Positions 25,779-35,729 of a stretch of 60,042 bases of DNA are shown here, piece by piece. The stretch's first letter is position 1; each line of letters opens with the position of its first letter. This stretch comes from a virus (taxonomy: Duplodnaviria; Caudoviricetes). Where the stretch lies: IMG/VR virus record IMGVR_UViG_3300047463_000151, positions 1 to 60,042 of that record; one strand, 5' to 3'. The notes beneath the pieces are model-generated. The model was not told where the DNA came from. It saw only the letters and a program-made list of their open reading frames with translations, and made no database searches. The translations under genes were made by a program, and so were the position numbers.

Positions 25779-26834
25779 ATGCCTTGGCCTGTGCTAGACC
25801 TCTCCCCGCCGCCGACAGGTAGCGGGTGGGTTTACCAGTCTGCGCCGCAAGTCGCGCCGTGGTCCATCTACGGTGCGTCGGCGTACAGCACGAACACGCT
25901 GCGCTACAACGGCGACGTAATCGTGCCGCACTTGCTTACCTCGACCTTTGGCGTGTCTGCGCTGCGGGGTAACGCGATGCTCAGACTGGACGCACAGGCC
26001 GGTACGGCATGGCAAGGTATCAGCGGTTTATACAATCCACGCCTCACCGTAGGCTTTCAGAAGCAGGGACTTGTGGCGCGAGCATCCGTCACGGTCCCGC
26101 TAACAACCGCTGATGCTCTTTTGGGCGCGCCGGGAATGACGGCTGACCTTAGCGCCTCCTACGGTACAGAAGCCTACCGAGCGACCTACGGCGTGGTCTA
26201 TCGGGCCAATCCGTCTGAGTGGTGGCAAGCATCGGCTTATGGCGTAGCCGGTGTCCGCTATAAGGGTGTCGGCGTCGAGGTCCGATACGAACGTCAACTA
26301 AACGCGGTCGCGCATGGTGAAGCAATAGCGTCCTACAAGTGGCGCAAAGGCTGTTATACGGTGCTTCCGTTCGCGTCGGCAGGCTTTACCTTCTCGCCTG
26401 GTAGTCCGCTCTATCGAGCCGGTTTCACGCTGGAACGATCGTGTACGGATAAACAGTCGCAACCCGTCTACGTCGTTATCAAGTCACCGTCTGCGTTGGA
26501 GCAGGTCATCGAACTTCGCGGCCCTCATCGTTGGCTTAACGCAGAACCGATTTTCCAAGCGCAGCCAAGTGAAGTCTATAAGACCCCGAAAGAAAGCATT
26601 GGTGGGTTTCTCAGCGCGAATCCCAATGTCATTGTGCTAGTTCGGACAAACCTTCCGCAAGCGCAATACGACCGTGTAATCGGCGTTCTAATCGCAAAAG
26701 GACTGCCGATGAATCAAGTAGAGCGGACGGAGTTTATGCCATACGTCGCTGACGAGACGTACTATGTGGACTTCATCGTGATCAAGGGCAACAAAGAGGC
26801 TAGTCATGCGCCCGTGGATGTGGTGCCCCGATGA
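25779..26834 (+). CDS. Beta-strand-rich protein with degenerate OmpA-like C-terminus
   Basis: Alternating amphipathic strands ending GFTFSPGSPLYRAGFTL; C-terminal IGGFLSANPNVIVLV...VIGVLIAKGLPMNQV...VDFIVI. Confidence 0.45.
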   Translation: MPWPVLDLSPPPTGSGWVYQSAPQVAPWSIYGASAYSTNTLRYNGDVIVPHLLTSTFGVSALRGNAMLRLDAQAGTAWQGISGLYNPRLTVGFQKQGLVARASVTVPLTTADALLGAPGMTADLSASYGTEAYRATYGVVYRANPSEWWQASAYGVAGVRYKGVGVEVRYERQLNAVAHGEAIASYKWRKGCYTVLPFASAGFTFSPGSPLYRAGFTLERSCTDKQSQPVYVVIKSPSALEQVIELRGPHRWLNAEPIFQAQPSEVYKTPKESIGGFLSANPNVIVLVRTNLPQAQYDRVIGVLIAKGLPMNQVERTEFMPYVADETYYVDFIVIKGNKEASHAPVDVVPR

Positions 26835-27108
26835 AAAATGCTGGTTGAGAACAGCGAATAATCATGCCATCGTGGCTCGGATACGGCCTCCACAAGAAGA
26901 TAGAAGTAAGGCAAACGCGACGGTATACCTGCATGACCGCGCTCTCGGCATGAACGCGGGTAGCGTCCAAGAGTGCGCGGATTGGTGCGACCAGCAACTT
27001 GTAAGCATCGCTTACAGGTTGGACTTGGAGAACGACCGCATGACGCGCAAGGTGATGTACGAAGGCCTTTCGTGGGTATGGTTGCGGGTGAATAGCAATC
27101 GGCGTTAG
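26806..27108 (+). CDS. Hypothetical protein
   Basis: 100 aa, GAGG RBS. Confidence 0.55.
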   Translation: MRPWMWCPDEKCWLRTANNHAIVARIRPPQEDRSKANATVYLHDRALGMNAGSVQECADWCDQQLVSIAYRLDLENDRMTRKVMYEGLSWVWLRVNSNRR

Positions 27109-27125
27109 TGTCCCGTTAGAGGTAC

Positions 27126-27449
27126 ATGATGCCCTACACCATACGAGACTTCGGCGAGCACCGCGTCGTGATGAACCCCAAGCCGTTGACGCCGCAAGCT
27201 GGTAACACGCTGCTGTCGACGGTAACCGTGGCTGGTCCTGACGAAGATGGCGACCGCCGCGTTTACTTCCCGGCCAAAATGCTTCGTCGGCTGTTGGAAA
27301 TCGCGGAATCTAGTCCCACGCAACAAGCGCGACTCGACCGTGCCGGTGTTCGTATTGAACGCTGGAAAGACGCGAACGGTGCGGCCTTTGAGGTATGGCA
27401 CCTGACGGGCGTTGACCCGCGACCCGAACGGTTCCTGGGGATGCTGTGA
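27126..27449 (+). CDS. Hypothetical protein
   Basis: 107 aa, GAGGT RBS, GTGA-coupled to the terminase. Confidence 0.65.
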   Translation: MMPYTIRDFGEHRVVMNPKPLTPQAGNTLLSTVTVAGPDEDGDRRVYFPAKMLRRLLEIAESSPTQQARLDRAGVRIERWKDANGAAFEVWHLTGVDPRPERFLGML

Positions 27450-29167
27450 TTGAAAACTATCGCGGCCTGCTCGGCTCATTGGTCAAAGACCATCCCGTGC
27501 TTGAAATCGCCGTCGTTCACCACAAGAACCTGCGTGGTGAGCCGATTTCGTTTCAAGACATGCCGTACTTGGTCGAACTCTATACCGACGCGGCGAAACT
27601 CGAGGATTGGGTCATTCGCAAGTGCGTTCAGACCGGATTTTCCGAGTGGGGTATCCAGTTCGCACTACAACGTGCCGGATGGTCGAACCGCATCGTGGCG
27701 TATGTGCTTCCAACGTACAATACCCGTGGCCGCTTCGTTCAGCAGCGTATCAATCCATTGTTGCAAGGCGTTCCGGCTTACCGAGAGCGACAGTCCAGTA
27801 GCAATAAAGCGTTCGCCCATGTGGCCGTGAATGGCGTCGGTAAGAAGAATACCGACAATCTCAGCCTCAAAAAGTTCAACGGTGGCGGTTCGATTCTGTT
27901 TCTGGGGTCCAATACGGACAGCGATTTTGTTGAGTTTTCTTGCGACTTGCTAGTGATTGACGAGTACGACGAGTGCGACGGCGGTAATCTCGCTAAGGCT
28001 CGCGACCGTTTGCGTGCATCGCCGTATGCTCAGATGCTGCGCGTTGGTAACCCAACGCTGCCCCGTGTAGGGATTTCGCGTCTTTACGACGAGTCCGATG
28101 GTCGGCGGTGGTTTCACCAGTGCCAGCGATGTGGCTATCGGCAACCGCTCGATTGGTTTCTGAACGTGGTTCAACGCGCCGACGATGGCAGTTGGATTCC
28201 TCGCGATACGCAAAGATATAAATTCCATAAGGTCGGGACTGAGAAGGTTACGCGGCTGAACGACATTCGGCCCGTTTGCGTGCGGTGTCACCAGCCTTGG
28301 GATCGCGTAGCAGACGGTTCGCTATGGGTGCCAGAACGGCCCGAATACAAGACGACCCGTGGCTATACCTGCTCGCGTATGGACGTTCTCTACGAACCGC
28401 TGGTCGGGCTTTACCGCGAATGGAACAAGGTACAGGGCGACCCCGAAGCCCTCGGCACGTTCCATTGCTCCGTGCTCGGTGTGCCGTATGAGTTTGAAGG
28501 CGCGAAGCTCTCGTCAGGCGACTTGGAACTGTGTTGTACGGGCGACCCGGTGGATTGGGCAGGTGGCGAGCAATACCGCAATATGACGGTCGTTGCCGGG
28601 GTAGACGTTGGCTCCGTGCTGCATGTGACTATCGACGTAATCACGAAGGTTACGGATGAAGGTGAGCCATACCGAAGTGCTCGTTTGGTCTGCACCTGTC
28701 GCACGTTTGAAGAAGTGGGCGACATTTTGCGCCGCTACTTCGTGTCGGTGTGCGTCATCGACTCGATGCCTGAAATCCATAAGGCGCAGGAACTCCGTGA
28801 CGAGTTCTTGGAAAGCGGGGAGTGCTCGATATGGCTCTGCCGGTTCACGAATGCGCCGCGAGCAGGTCAAGCGAAGTACGGCATGAAACTCGATTACGCA
28901 TCGCAGACGGCAAACGTAGACCGTACCGCACTGATGGACGTTGCCTACCAAGACATTCGACAAGGCCGACGCGAGTTCCCCGAAGACGCCTGGTCTGTGC
29001 TTGGATGGTCTGAGCAGATGCGGGCTCCGGTTCGCGTGCTGGACGAAGAAAAAAGCCGCATTGTTTGGGTCGAAGGCAACGCAGCGGACCACTATCGGCT
29101 GTCCGATACCTACGCTCGGCTTGCGTATGACCTCTGCCAAATCGGTGGCAGTTACGTTAGCGTGTGA
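27446..29167 (+). CDS. terL: Terminase large subunit, lambda gpA-like
   Basis: Q.MPYL, KCVQTGFSE (gpA-type Walker A), LLVIDEYD (Walker B), GNPT, CxxC pairs, VAGVDVG nuclease motif and DHY; upstream of the portal. Confidence 0.88.
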   Translation: MIENYRGLLGSLVKDHPVLEIAVVHHKNLRGEPISFQDMPYLVELYTDAAKLEDWVIRKCVQTGFSEWGIQFALQRAGWSNRIVAYVLPTYNTRGRFVQQRINPLLQGVPAYRERQSSSNKAFAHVAVNGVGKKNTDNLSLKKFNGGGSILFLGSNTDSDFVEFSCDLLVIDEYDECDGGNLAKARDRLRASPYAQMLRVGNPTLPRVGISRLYDESDGRRWFHQCQRCGYRQPLDWFLNVVQRADDGSWIPRDTQRYKFHKVGTEKVTRLNDIRPVCVRCHQPWDRVADGSLWVPERPEYKTTRGYTCSRMDVLYEPLVGLYREWNKVQGDPEALGTFHCSVLGVPYEFEGAKLSSGDLELCCTGDPVDWAGGEQYRNMTVVAGVDVGSVLHVTIDVITKVTDEGEPYRSARLVCTCRTFEEVGDILRRYFVSVCVIDSMPEIHKAQELRDEFLESGECSIWLCRFTNAPRAGQAKYGMKLDYASQTANVDRTALMDVAYQDIRQGRREFPEDAWSVLGWSEQMRAPVRVLDEEKSRIVWVEGNAADHYRLSDTYARLAYDLCQIGGSYVSV

Positions 29168-29208
29168 CGAAACGGCTCCGTGAGGGCGACTAAGGCGTAG
29201 GAGGTCAA

Positions 29209-29721
29209 ATGGCAGACCCGGCTGAGGCGCTACACCATGCCTATGGGCTCGTTCTGAATCTAAGCGGCCACGACCAAAGGATTCTGCTCCGAGCCGTGAT
29301 TGCGTTCCACTACGCCGCATTTGTGCCGCAAATCACGCAGCGCGTAACGAAGTGCAACGTGCGTGACCGGACGCAGGCGGTCATTGAGTGGCTAAAAACC
29401 TACGACGACGACCGCGACAATTTGGAGCCTCACGCAGCGAACTATGAATGGGTGCTGCAACAAGTGATGCGCTTGCCTCCAAACCAACAGCGCATGGTGC
29501 TTCGCAAAATAGGCGACCGCGCTTGGGAAGAATACGGCGGAAAGGTCGGTGAGAAACGAGCGTGCGATGCGTTTGCTACGCTGATGGCCTCGCTGATGAC
29601 GATGGAGGTGGAGCACCTCGCGAACTGTTCCGGCTGGCTATGTACCGGCGTCACTTACGATTCAAAAAGGAAGGCAAAAGATGAAGTCCGTGCTCGACTT
29701 GGCAAAGGAGGGATGCGGTGA
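29209..29721 (+). CDS. Hypothetical protein
   Basis: 170 aa, AGGAGGT RBS. Confidence 0.7.
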   Translation: MADPAEALHHAYGLVLNLSGHDQRILLRAVIAFHYAAFVPQITQRVTKCNVRDRTQAVIEWLKTYDDDRDNLEPHAANYEWVLQQVMRLPPNQQRMVLRKIGDRAWEEYGGKVGEKRACDAFATLMASLMTMEVEHLANCSGWLCTGVTYDSKRKAKDEVRARLGKGGMR

Positions 29722-29899
29722 GTGTGGGGAAATTGTGCAAGATGCGGCGGCTCTTTACCCTGCCGCTATCAGCTATGCGCTCGCTGCCGACCGTACTCTT
29801 TGGACTAAGCCTCGCGTCGTGTTGCTTTGTCGCCAGTGTGCGGCAAAAAACATCGTGACGGATAAGGGCGAGGCCGAAGGTGGCTATTACTCCGAATAG
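29681..29899 (+). CDS. Small zinc-binding protein
   Basis: CGEC...CRQC. Confidence 0.55.
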   Translation: MKSVLDLAKEGCGECGEIVQDAAALYPAAISYALAADRTLWTKPRVVLLCRQCAAKNIVTDKGEAEGGYYSE

Positions 29900-29912
29900 C
29901 CGCTAGTATCGG

Positions 29913-32672
29913 ATGGGAGGCTTCATGCGCGTTATTGGTTCCGTCACGCCTGCTGTGACGATTCGCAAAGAAGAGCCGCGAGTCGGCGGGTGGTTGGCGG
30001 TTCGTCAGCCAGGCGGTGAAGAGCGCGCACGCTACGGAAAGCAGGTCGTAGCGAACCTCTTTGGTGGTTCGTCAGGCGCGATGGCCTACGCACAGCGAAG
30101 CCAGCGTCTTTTGACCGCCGAACAGCTTTGGCAAGTGTATCAGCGTACCGCTGACGTTCGTGCCGCAGTCGATGGTGTCGCTCGTCGTGTTTCGACTTGG
30201 GATTGGATTGTAGAACCGACCGACGCATTCTCACATGACCCCGTAGCACAGCAAATGTGTGAGGACTACACGCGATTTCTTGCCGTTCCGAATGAAGACG
30301 GGGAAACATGGCAAGAGGTCATTCATAAGATCGCGCTTGATCAACTTATCTATGATGTCGGTGTGATTGAGCACGTTTTTGATACGGTGATTGTCGACGG
30401 CGAGCCGAAGCCGGGCACGAACCTGAAAGAACTGACGGCTCTGCGCGGCGCTAACGTACACAAGATCCTCGATAATCATGGGAAGCTACTGCGTTACGTC
30501 CAAGACCAGTTCATCAACACTGGATTTGGGCTGACCGCCGACTACGATAGCGCAACGGCGACCTTCTTTGAGCCGCGTCAGATTTCGTTCTTCCCGTTGA
30601 CGCCGAATACGACGACGCCCGAAGCGGTGCCGTTGATCGAGGCTATCGTCAACGAGGTCATCACGATTCTGAACTCCGCTGAACACGCGATGCTGGCGTT
30701 TGACTCGGACGAACTTCCGCCCGGTATCGTGTTCTTGGCGGGTATTGCGGGTAAGGCCGCTGAGGCTGCTAAGGCTGACCTTCAGAATATGCGCGGCAAA
30801 GACCATAAGGTTCGCGTCATGACCAGCGCGGACCCGCAAGCCAGCGGTGCTAAGTGGGTGGAGTTCCGTCGTTCGCAAAAGGACGTTGACTTTGTGAACG
30901 TGGTCAAGGAAATCCGCCGCACGATTTGGCGCGTATTTGGCGTATTGCCGGTTGAAATGGGTGCGACCGAGAACGTGCCGAAGGCGGTTGGACAGGTCCA
31001 ACTCGACGTATCGGCCTCGCATTTGATTGGTCCGATGTTGGAGCACATCGAAAACAAGGTTAATGCGCGTATTTTGCCATTGCTCGCAGGCGACCCGCTA
31101 CGTGCGCGTATGGTGCGCTTCCGCTTCGACCGTGAAGCCAAACTGACGCCAGCAGAAGAACAGGACCGTAGCCAAGCGATTGGCGCTCTCGTTGATCGTG
31201 GCATCATCACCCGCAACGAAGCTCGCCGACGTATGGGCGAGTCTCCGGTGCTTGGCGGCGACGTAGTGACGCTGACGACGGGCCAAGGCGTTCTGTTACT
31301 GACGGACATCGTGGGCCTTACCGGGCCATTGAGTCCCGGTGGAGGCGATGGCGGTGCTCCACCGCAGCCCATCACGCCTCAGAATCTCTACCCAGATACG
31401 GCTGAGATGGCTGTGGGGGATACAGACCCCACAAATTTTCCCAAGCGGGGCGATGACCGAAAGGTTTCGCTCCGCAATAGCGACTATGGCGTGTTTGACC
31501 CTGACTTTGCCGAAGACCTCCGTACCAACTGGCCGGAAATCTGGAAGCGCGGTGGCAACATTCTTGGCAATACGCAGTATCGACGGCTGAAACCCGTTGT
31601 AGAGCGTGGCGGTGCCGTGGAAACGACGACCGAAGAACAAGCGGTGCGCTTACGAGAAGCATGGTCAGCTCGTCACTTTGGCGACCATCGTTTGCCGGGT
31701 GTTGTCGCGCTTATCAAGTGGTTCACGGTTGGCGAAATCGGCGAACTGGAAATGAAGGCGGTTATCCGTGCTGAAAAGCAACGGCTGCAAAAGCGTTCCG
31801 TGGAGCGTGCGTTGCCGTCTGCGTGGCGTGGCGATGGTCCATTCGCCGATGTGCGGACGCTGGACCTGGAAGAACTTTCTGACCTCGTAGACGCCTACCA
31901 AGACGAAGTAGACGGACTTTGGGAAGAAACGACTGCTGCAGTGGCGGCTATCTTCTTGGCCTATTGGACTCGCGGCGGGATTACCCCCGATGCGGCTACT
32001 CAAGCGCAACAACGCATCGCCGCTGAATTGGCGAAGTTGGAAGATAAGTGGTCGCTCGTTACGCAGTCCTACTACCGTGAAGCCGCTGCCGTAGGCGGTG
32101 ATGCGGCGATGGCGTGGACGGGTGGCTCGCAAGATGCCAACATTGACGGTGCGGCGGAACTCTACCACCAGCAAGCAATGTCGTGGCTCCGTAGTCCAGG
32201 CGGTCTAATGATGGACGTTGAGTCCCGCATCCTCGAAACGCTGTCTAGCCTGACGCGCAGTAGCGACGTACCGTTGTCGGGCTTTGATACCGAAGATAGC
32301 GCGGCGCTGGCTACGACTGCGGTTGTAGCAGCACTAGCAGCTAATGCTTTCCGCGTTCACAATTACAGCGGCAAGCTGGTCCTCGTTGCGAATGAGGCCG
32401 CTAACCGCGTCGTCGGTGCGAATCCGAGCATCGTAGATGGCGAAAATGGCGCAGTAGCCGGTGAGTGGTTCGTCCAGTGGGTGGCGGTTGCTGATGATCG
32501 AACTTGCCCCGACTGCATGGAACAGCACGGTTTACCGGCGCGTCCAGTTTCCGAGCTTGTGACATATCCCGGTGGAGATACGCGCTGTGGTGCGCGTTGC
32601 CGCTGCGTCCTCGTTTATTGGACGAAAGACGAAGTAGACGCTGGAATGGCTGCGGATTTTCAAATCGAATAG
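29913..32672 (+). CDS. Portal protein fused to an extra domain and a MuF/SPP1 gp7-like minor head domain
   Basis: HK97-type portal signatures (IWRVFGVLPVEMG, GIITRNEARRRMG); C-terminal WVAVADDRTCPDC...CRC MuF motif. Confidence 0.88.
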   Translation: MGGFMRVIGSVTPAVTIRKEEPRVGGWLAVRQPGGEERARYGKQVVANLFGGSSGAMAYAQRSQRLLTAEQLWQVYQRTADVRAAVDGVARRVSTWDWIVEPTDAFSHDPVAQQMCEDYTRFLAVPNEDGETWQEVIHKIALDQLIYDVGVIEHVFDTVIVDGEPKPGTNLKELTALRGANVHKILDNHGKLLRYVQDQFINTGFGLTADYDSATATFFEPRQISFFPLTPNTTTPEAVPLIEAIVNEVITILNSAEHAMLAFDSDELPPGIVFLAGIAGKAAEAAKADLQNMRGKDHKVRVMTSADPQASGAKWVEFRRSQKDVDFVNVVKEIRRTIWRVFGVLPVEMGATENVPKAVGQVQLDVSASHLIGPMLEHIENKVNARILPLLAGDPLRARMVRFRFDREAKLTPAEEQDRSQAIGALVDRGIITRNEARRRMGESPVLGGDVVTLTTGQGVLLLTDIVGLTGPLSPGGGDGGAPPQPITPQNLYPDTAEMAVGDTDPTNFPKRGDDRKVSLRNSDYGVFDPDFAEDLRTNWPEIWKRGGNILGNTQYRRLKPVVERGGAVETTTEEQAVRLREAWSARHFGDHRLPGVVALIKWFTVGEIGELEMKAVIRAEKQRLQKRSVERALPSAWRGDGPFADVRTLDLEELSDLVDAYQDEVDGLWEETTAAVAAIFLAYWTRGGITPDAATQAQQRIAAELAKLEDKWSLVTQSYYREAAAVGGDAAMAWTGGSQDANIDGAAELYHQQAMSWLRSPGGLMMDVESRILETLSSLTRSSDVPLSGFDTEDSAALATTAVVAALAANAFRVHNYSGKLVLVANEAANRVVGANPSIVDGENGAVAGEWFVQWVAVADDRTCPDCMEQHGLPARPVSELVTYPGGDTRCGARCRCVLVYWTKDEVDAGMAADFQIE

Positions 32673-32764
32673 TGCCGTAGCCATTTGACGAATACCCTTG
32701 TATAGCGGTAGCCTAAGGAAGATTGTGCAGTGACACGCTGCGCCTATCGTACTAAGGGTTGCCC

Positions 32765-34633
32765 ATGACGACGGAAAACTTCAAATTCTTGAACGACCTC
32801 GATGTGGCAAAGCCTGACGAGGTTCTGGAAAACGGTAGCAAGGTCTATACAGTCCGCTGCCGTCACCCGTTCTCTGGTTTGGACTTCATTCAGACGCGCC
32901 GCATGGAAACCCCGGCCAAGGCTGAGCGGGTCATCATCGACAGCGGCGAAGGCGAAAAACTCGACCCGTCTGCGACCAAGAATCCGAACCGCGATGAAGT
33001 GGATTTGGAGAACCCGGTCCTTTTTGGTACGTCGTCCTCGACCAGCGTTGACTTCTACGGCACCGAAATGTCGAAGGATGCGCTGGAACAGATGGCGCAG
33101 CAAATGTCCCGTGAAGGCGGTATTCCGTACCTTCCACGCCATAATAACGGCATGAACGGTGCTGTGGAGTGGGACGAAGTGATGGGCCGCACGGTGGGCG
33201 CGAAGGTCGTTCGCGTCGATGGCGTCAAGTCTGCTTTCAATGCCTCCGAGGACCAGTATGTGCTTCAGACCGAAGTGCTGCTGTTCAAGGACGACCCCTA
33301 CGCGCAAAAAATGATTCGCGCCTTGGGTCGCGGCGACAAGATTGGTCAGTCCATCGGTGGCTGGTTCACCCAGTTGCAGTTCGTTCAGAACAGCGACAAA
33401 GAAATTGAGAGGGTTATCGTGCGCGGCATTGAACTCGATCATTTGGCGGCGACCCGTGCGCCTGCGAATCCTGACTCTAACGATCTCGCGATGCTGCGGG
33501 CTGCGGCTCGTAGCGTGCTTTCGCAGTTGCCGAAACCGCAATCCGAACGCGCTATTACGGATTATGCGGACTTCCCGCTTGCTCCTGAGAATACGCCGTG
33601 GTCTTGGGTTGCGGCTGACCAAGATGCGGTTCTCGGCCCGAACATGGATTGGGAACGATACAAGCGCGTCCATGCGTACTACGATCCGCAGCAAGCAGAC
33701 TTGAAGCAAGGCTACAAGTTGCCGTTTGCTAAGGTTATCGATGGTCGAATTCATGCAGTTTGGCGTGGCGTGGCGGCGGTCATGGGTATCCTGTTGGGGG
33801 CTCGTGGTGGGGTGGACATCAGCGATGCCGACCGTCGCCGCGCCTACGACCTTATGGTTCGTTACTACGAGCGTTTTGGGAAAACGCCACCGGAGTTCCG
33901 TACTCGCACTGAGCCGGAAATCCGTCACATTCTCGCTATCGAAGACCACCCTGACCACTATTGGGTCAAGTTCGCGAAGATGGCGGAAGGCGAGCAGCAA
34001 GACCCGATGATGGACAGCCCCGCTGCTGATGAGCAGGCGGCGAACGACCCGGCTGAAGATATGGCCGAAGGCGAGGTCGAAGCGCAGCCTAAGATTGAAG
34101 TTTCCGTTGAAGTTTACAGCGTAGGGGCAGATGCCCCGGTTGTTGAGAACTCCCGCAATTTCGCGGGTGATACCCAAGTGGAGCGCAAGATGTCTGACAT
34201 CAACATCGATGCCCTCGCCGCCCTTCTCGATAGCAAACTGGCTCCGCTTGCCGAGCGTGTCGCCCAGCTTGAAGTCGCGAAGGCTCCGAAGGCTGAATCC
34301 GTTGAGGACCGTCTCGCTGCTGCGGAGGCTCGCGCCGCCGCTGCGGAAGGCAAACTCAATACCATCCTTACCTCGTCTCACCGCGTTGGTCGTTCGATGC
34401 CGGGTCAGGTCGGTGGCGGCTTGCAGGCTGCTCACGGTCTGAAGGGCGTTGTCGAGGCGAACCGTGCGAAGAACTCGCTGGTTGCGACCGTCGCCGAACA
34501 CATGGTCGATGGCCTCAACAAGCGCGGCGAGCACATCCCCGCTGACCTTCCGATGCAGCTTGGCAACCTTTTGGAAGCCGCTGTTGCCGAAGGGTTGATT
34601 ACCACCCCCGAAACCCGCTCTGCGTGGTCGTGA
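32765..34633 (+). CDS. Prohead protease/scaffold fusion
   Basis: SSTSVD..G, H and GQSIGG protease motifs and PANPD; middle YKLPFAKVIDG..AVWRGV domain; acidic and coiled-coil C-terminus; lies between portal and capsid. Confidence 0.85.
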   Translation: MTTENFKFLNDLDVAKPDEVLENGSKVYTVRCRHPFSGLDFIQTRRMETPAKAERVIIDSGEGEKLDPSATKNPNRDEVDLENPVLFGTSSSTSVDFYGTEMSKDALEQMAQQMSREGGIPYLPRHNNGMNGAVEWDEVMGRTVGAKVVRVDGVKSAFNASEDQYVLQTEVLLFKDDPYAQKMIRALGRGDKIGQSIGGWFTQLQFVQNSDKEIERVIVRGIELDHLAATRAPANPDSNDLAMLRAAARSVLSQLPKPQSERAITDYADFPLAPENTPWSWVAADQDAVLGPNMDWERYKRVHAYYDPQQADLKQGYKLPFAKVIDGRIHAVWRGVAAVMGILLGARGGVDISDADRRRAYDLMVRYYERFGKTPPEFRTRTEPEIRHILAIEDHPDHYWVKFAKMAEGEQQDPMMDSPAADEQAANDPAEDMAEGEVEAQPKIEVSVEVYSVGADAPVVENSRNFAGDTQVERKMSDINIDALAALLDSKLAPLAERVAQLEVAKAPKAESVEDRLAAAEARAAAAEGKLNTILTSSHRVGRSMPGQVGGGLQAAHGLKGVVEANRAKNSLVATVAEHMVDGLNKRGEHIPADLPMQLGNLLEAAVAEGLITTPETRSAWS

Positions 34634-34640
34634 GGCAACA

Positions 34641-35624
34641 ATGAAAAGCGAATTCCAATGGGCGTCGTTTGACCCCTCTCGCCGTGAAGCGTTTGAGCGT
34701 GCCATCACCGTTTCCGGTGCGGGCAACGTGCTTCTCCAGACCTTCATCAACAAAACCGTTCAGCAAATCTCGAACCGCGAAGAAGGCGTCTACTCGACCC
34801 TCGCTCGTCGTCCGGGTCAGGGCAACGGTGCCTATATCAATCAGCGTTCTGAGCCGGGCACGCTCGCTCAGTGGGTGAATGATACGGACTCGATCAGTGA
34901 GTTCACCGGCGCTTACGCTCAGAAGTCCTTCCTGTACCGCACGCTCGCGACCAAGGGTCGTGTGACGCGCTACATGCAGGCTCAGGGCCGTAGCTACGGC
35001 GACATCCTCGCTGGCGAAATGGCGGCTAAGGCCGCTGACTTCGCTGCCGCGATGGAATCCGCCCTCGTTATCGGCAACAACGCGGCGACCCCGAAGCAGT
35101 TTGATGGCCTCATCACGCTCGCCCAGGAAACCTCGTCGCAAATCATCCTTCAGACGACCGCTGCCGGTGGTGATGCGTTCACCCTCGAAAAGTTGGATGA
35201 AGCGATTGACGCGGTGAAGGGTTCGGGCTCCCGCTCGGACATCCTTATCTTCGCGTCCCGCAAGGGTCGTCGCTTGATCAATGCGGCTCTCCAGAGCCAG
35301 CAGATGTTCAACGACATGACGGAAATCGCGGCGGGCTTCCGAGTTCGCACCTACGACGGTATCCCGTTGGTCACGACCACCGGAATGCCCGACACCCTGA
35401 CCTTCAACGGGTCTAAGGTGTCTGCGTTCTCGGGCGCTGCGACCACCGCCATCTGCGTCGTCAATACCCGCGACATCTACATCGAAGAACTGACCCCGCT
35501 GACGGTTATGCCGCTTGCGAAGTCGTCCTCGCAGTACGATGAATTCGATATGTTTGCGGACGCGGTGCTTGTCGCTGCGAACCCGCTTGCCATGTCGGTG
35601 CTCGTCGGTATCGACGCGGCCTGA
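34641..35624 (+). CDS. Major capsid protein
   Basis: 327 aa, position after the protease, ALVIGN....FDGL and YDGIPLV, biased codon use, followed by a terminator. Confidence 0.88.
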   Translation: MKSEFQWASFDPSRREAFERAITVSGAGNVLLQTFINKTVQQISNREEGVYSTLARRPGQGNGAYINQRSEPGTLAQWVNDTDSISEFTGAYAQKSFLYRTLATKGRVTRYMQAQGRSYGDILAGEMAAKAADFAAAMESALVIGNNAATPKQFDGLITLAQETSSQIILQTTAAGGDAFTLEKLDEAIDAVKGSGSRSDILIFASRKGRRLINAALQSQQMFNDMTEIAAGFRVRTYDGIPLVTTTGMPDTLTFNGSKVSAFSGAATTAICVVNTRDIYIEELTPLTVMPLAKSSSQYDEFDMFADAVLVAANPLAMSVLVGIDAA

Positions 35625-35654
35625 TAGGCTGCTGGCGCACCCAAGCAAGTGCGG

Positions 35655-35684
35655 AGGCTCGGTGGTTATCCCACCGGGCCTTTT
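35655..35684 (+). terminator. Rho-independent terminator
   Basis: AGGCTCGGTGG-ttatc-CCACCGGGCCT followed by T residues. Confidence 0.8.
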
Positions 35685-35729
35685 GCATATTTGGGGCCTT
35701 TGTGGTTATTGTAGCGGTGGAGGTACGAG

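Noticed and set aside
27126-27449. Small terminase subunit call
   Set aside because: The position fits, but no HTH or other TerS feature is evident; left as hypothetical.
32744-35648. Long minus-strand ORFs (669 aa and 349 aa) opposite the protease and capsid genes
   Set aside because: Antisense shadows of strongly codon-biased genes, with no motifs or RBS. They show that open antisense frames can arise passively here, which is a caveat for the 21324 insertion.
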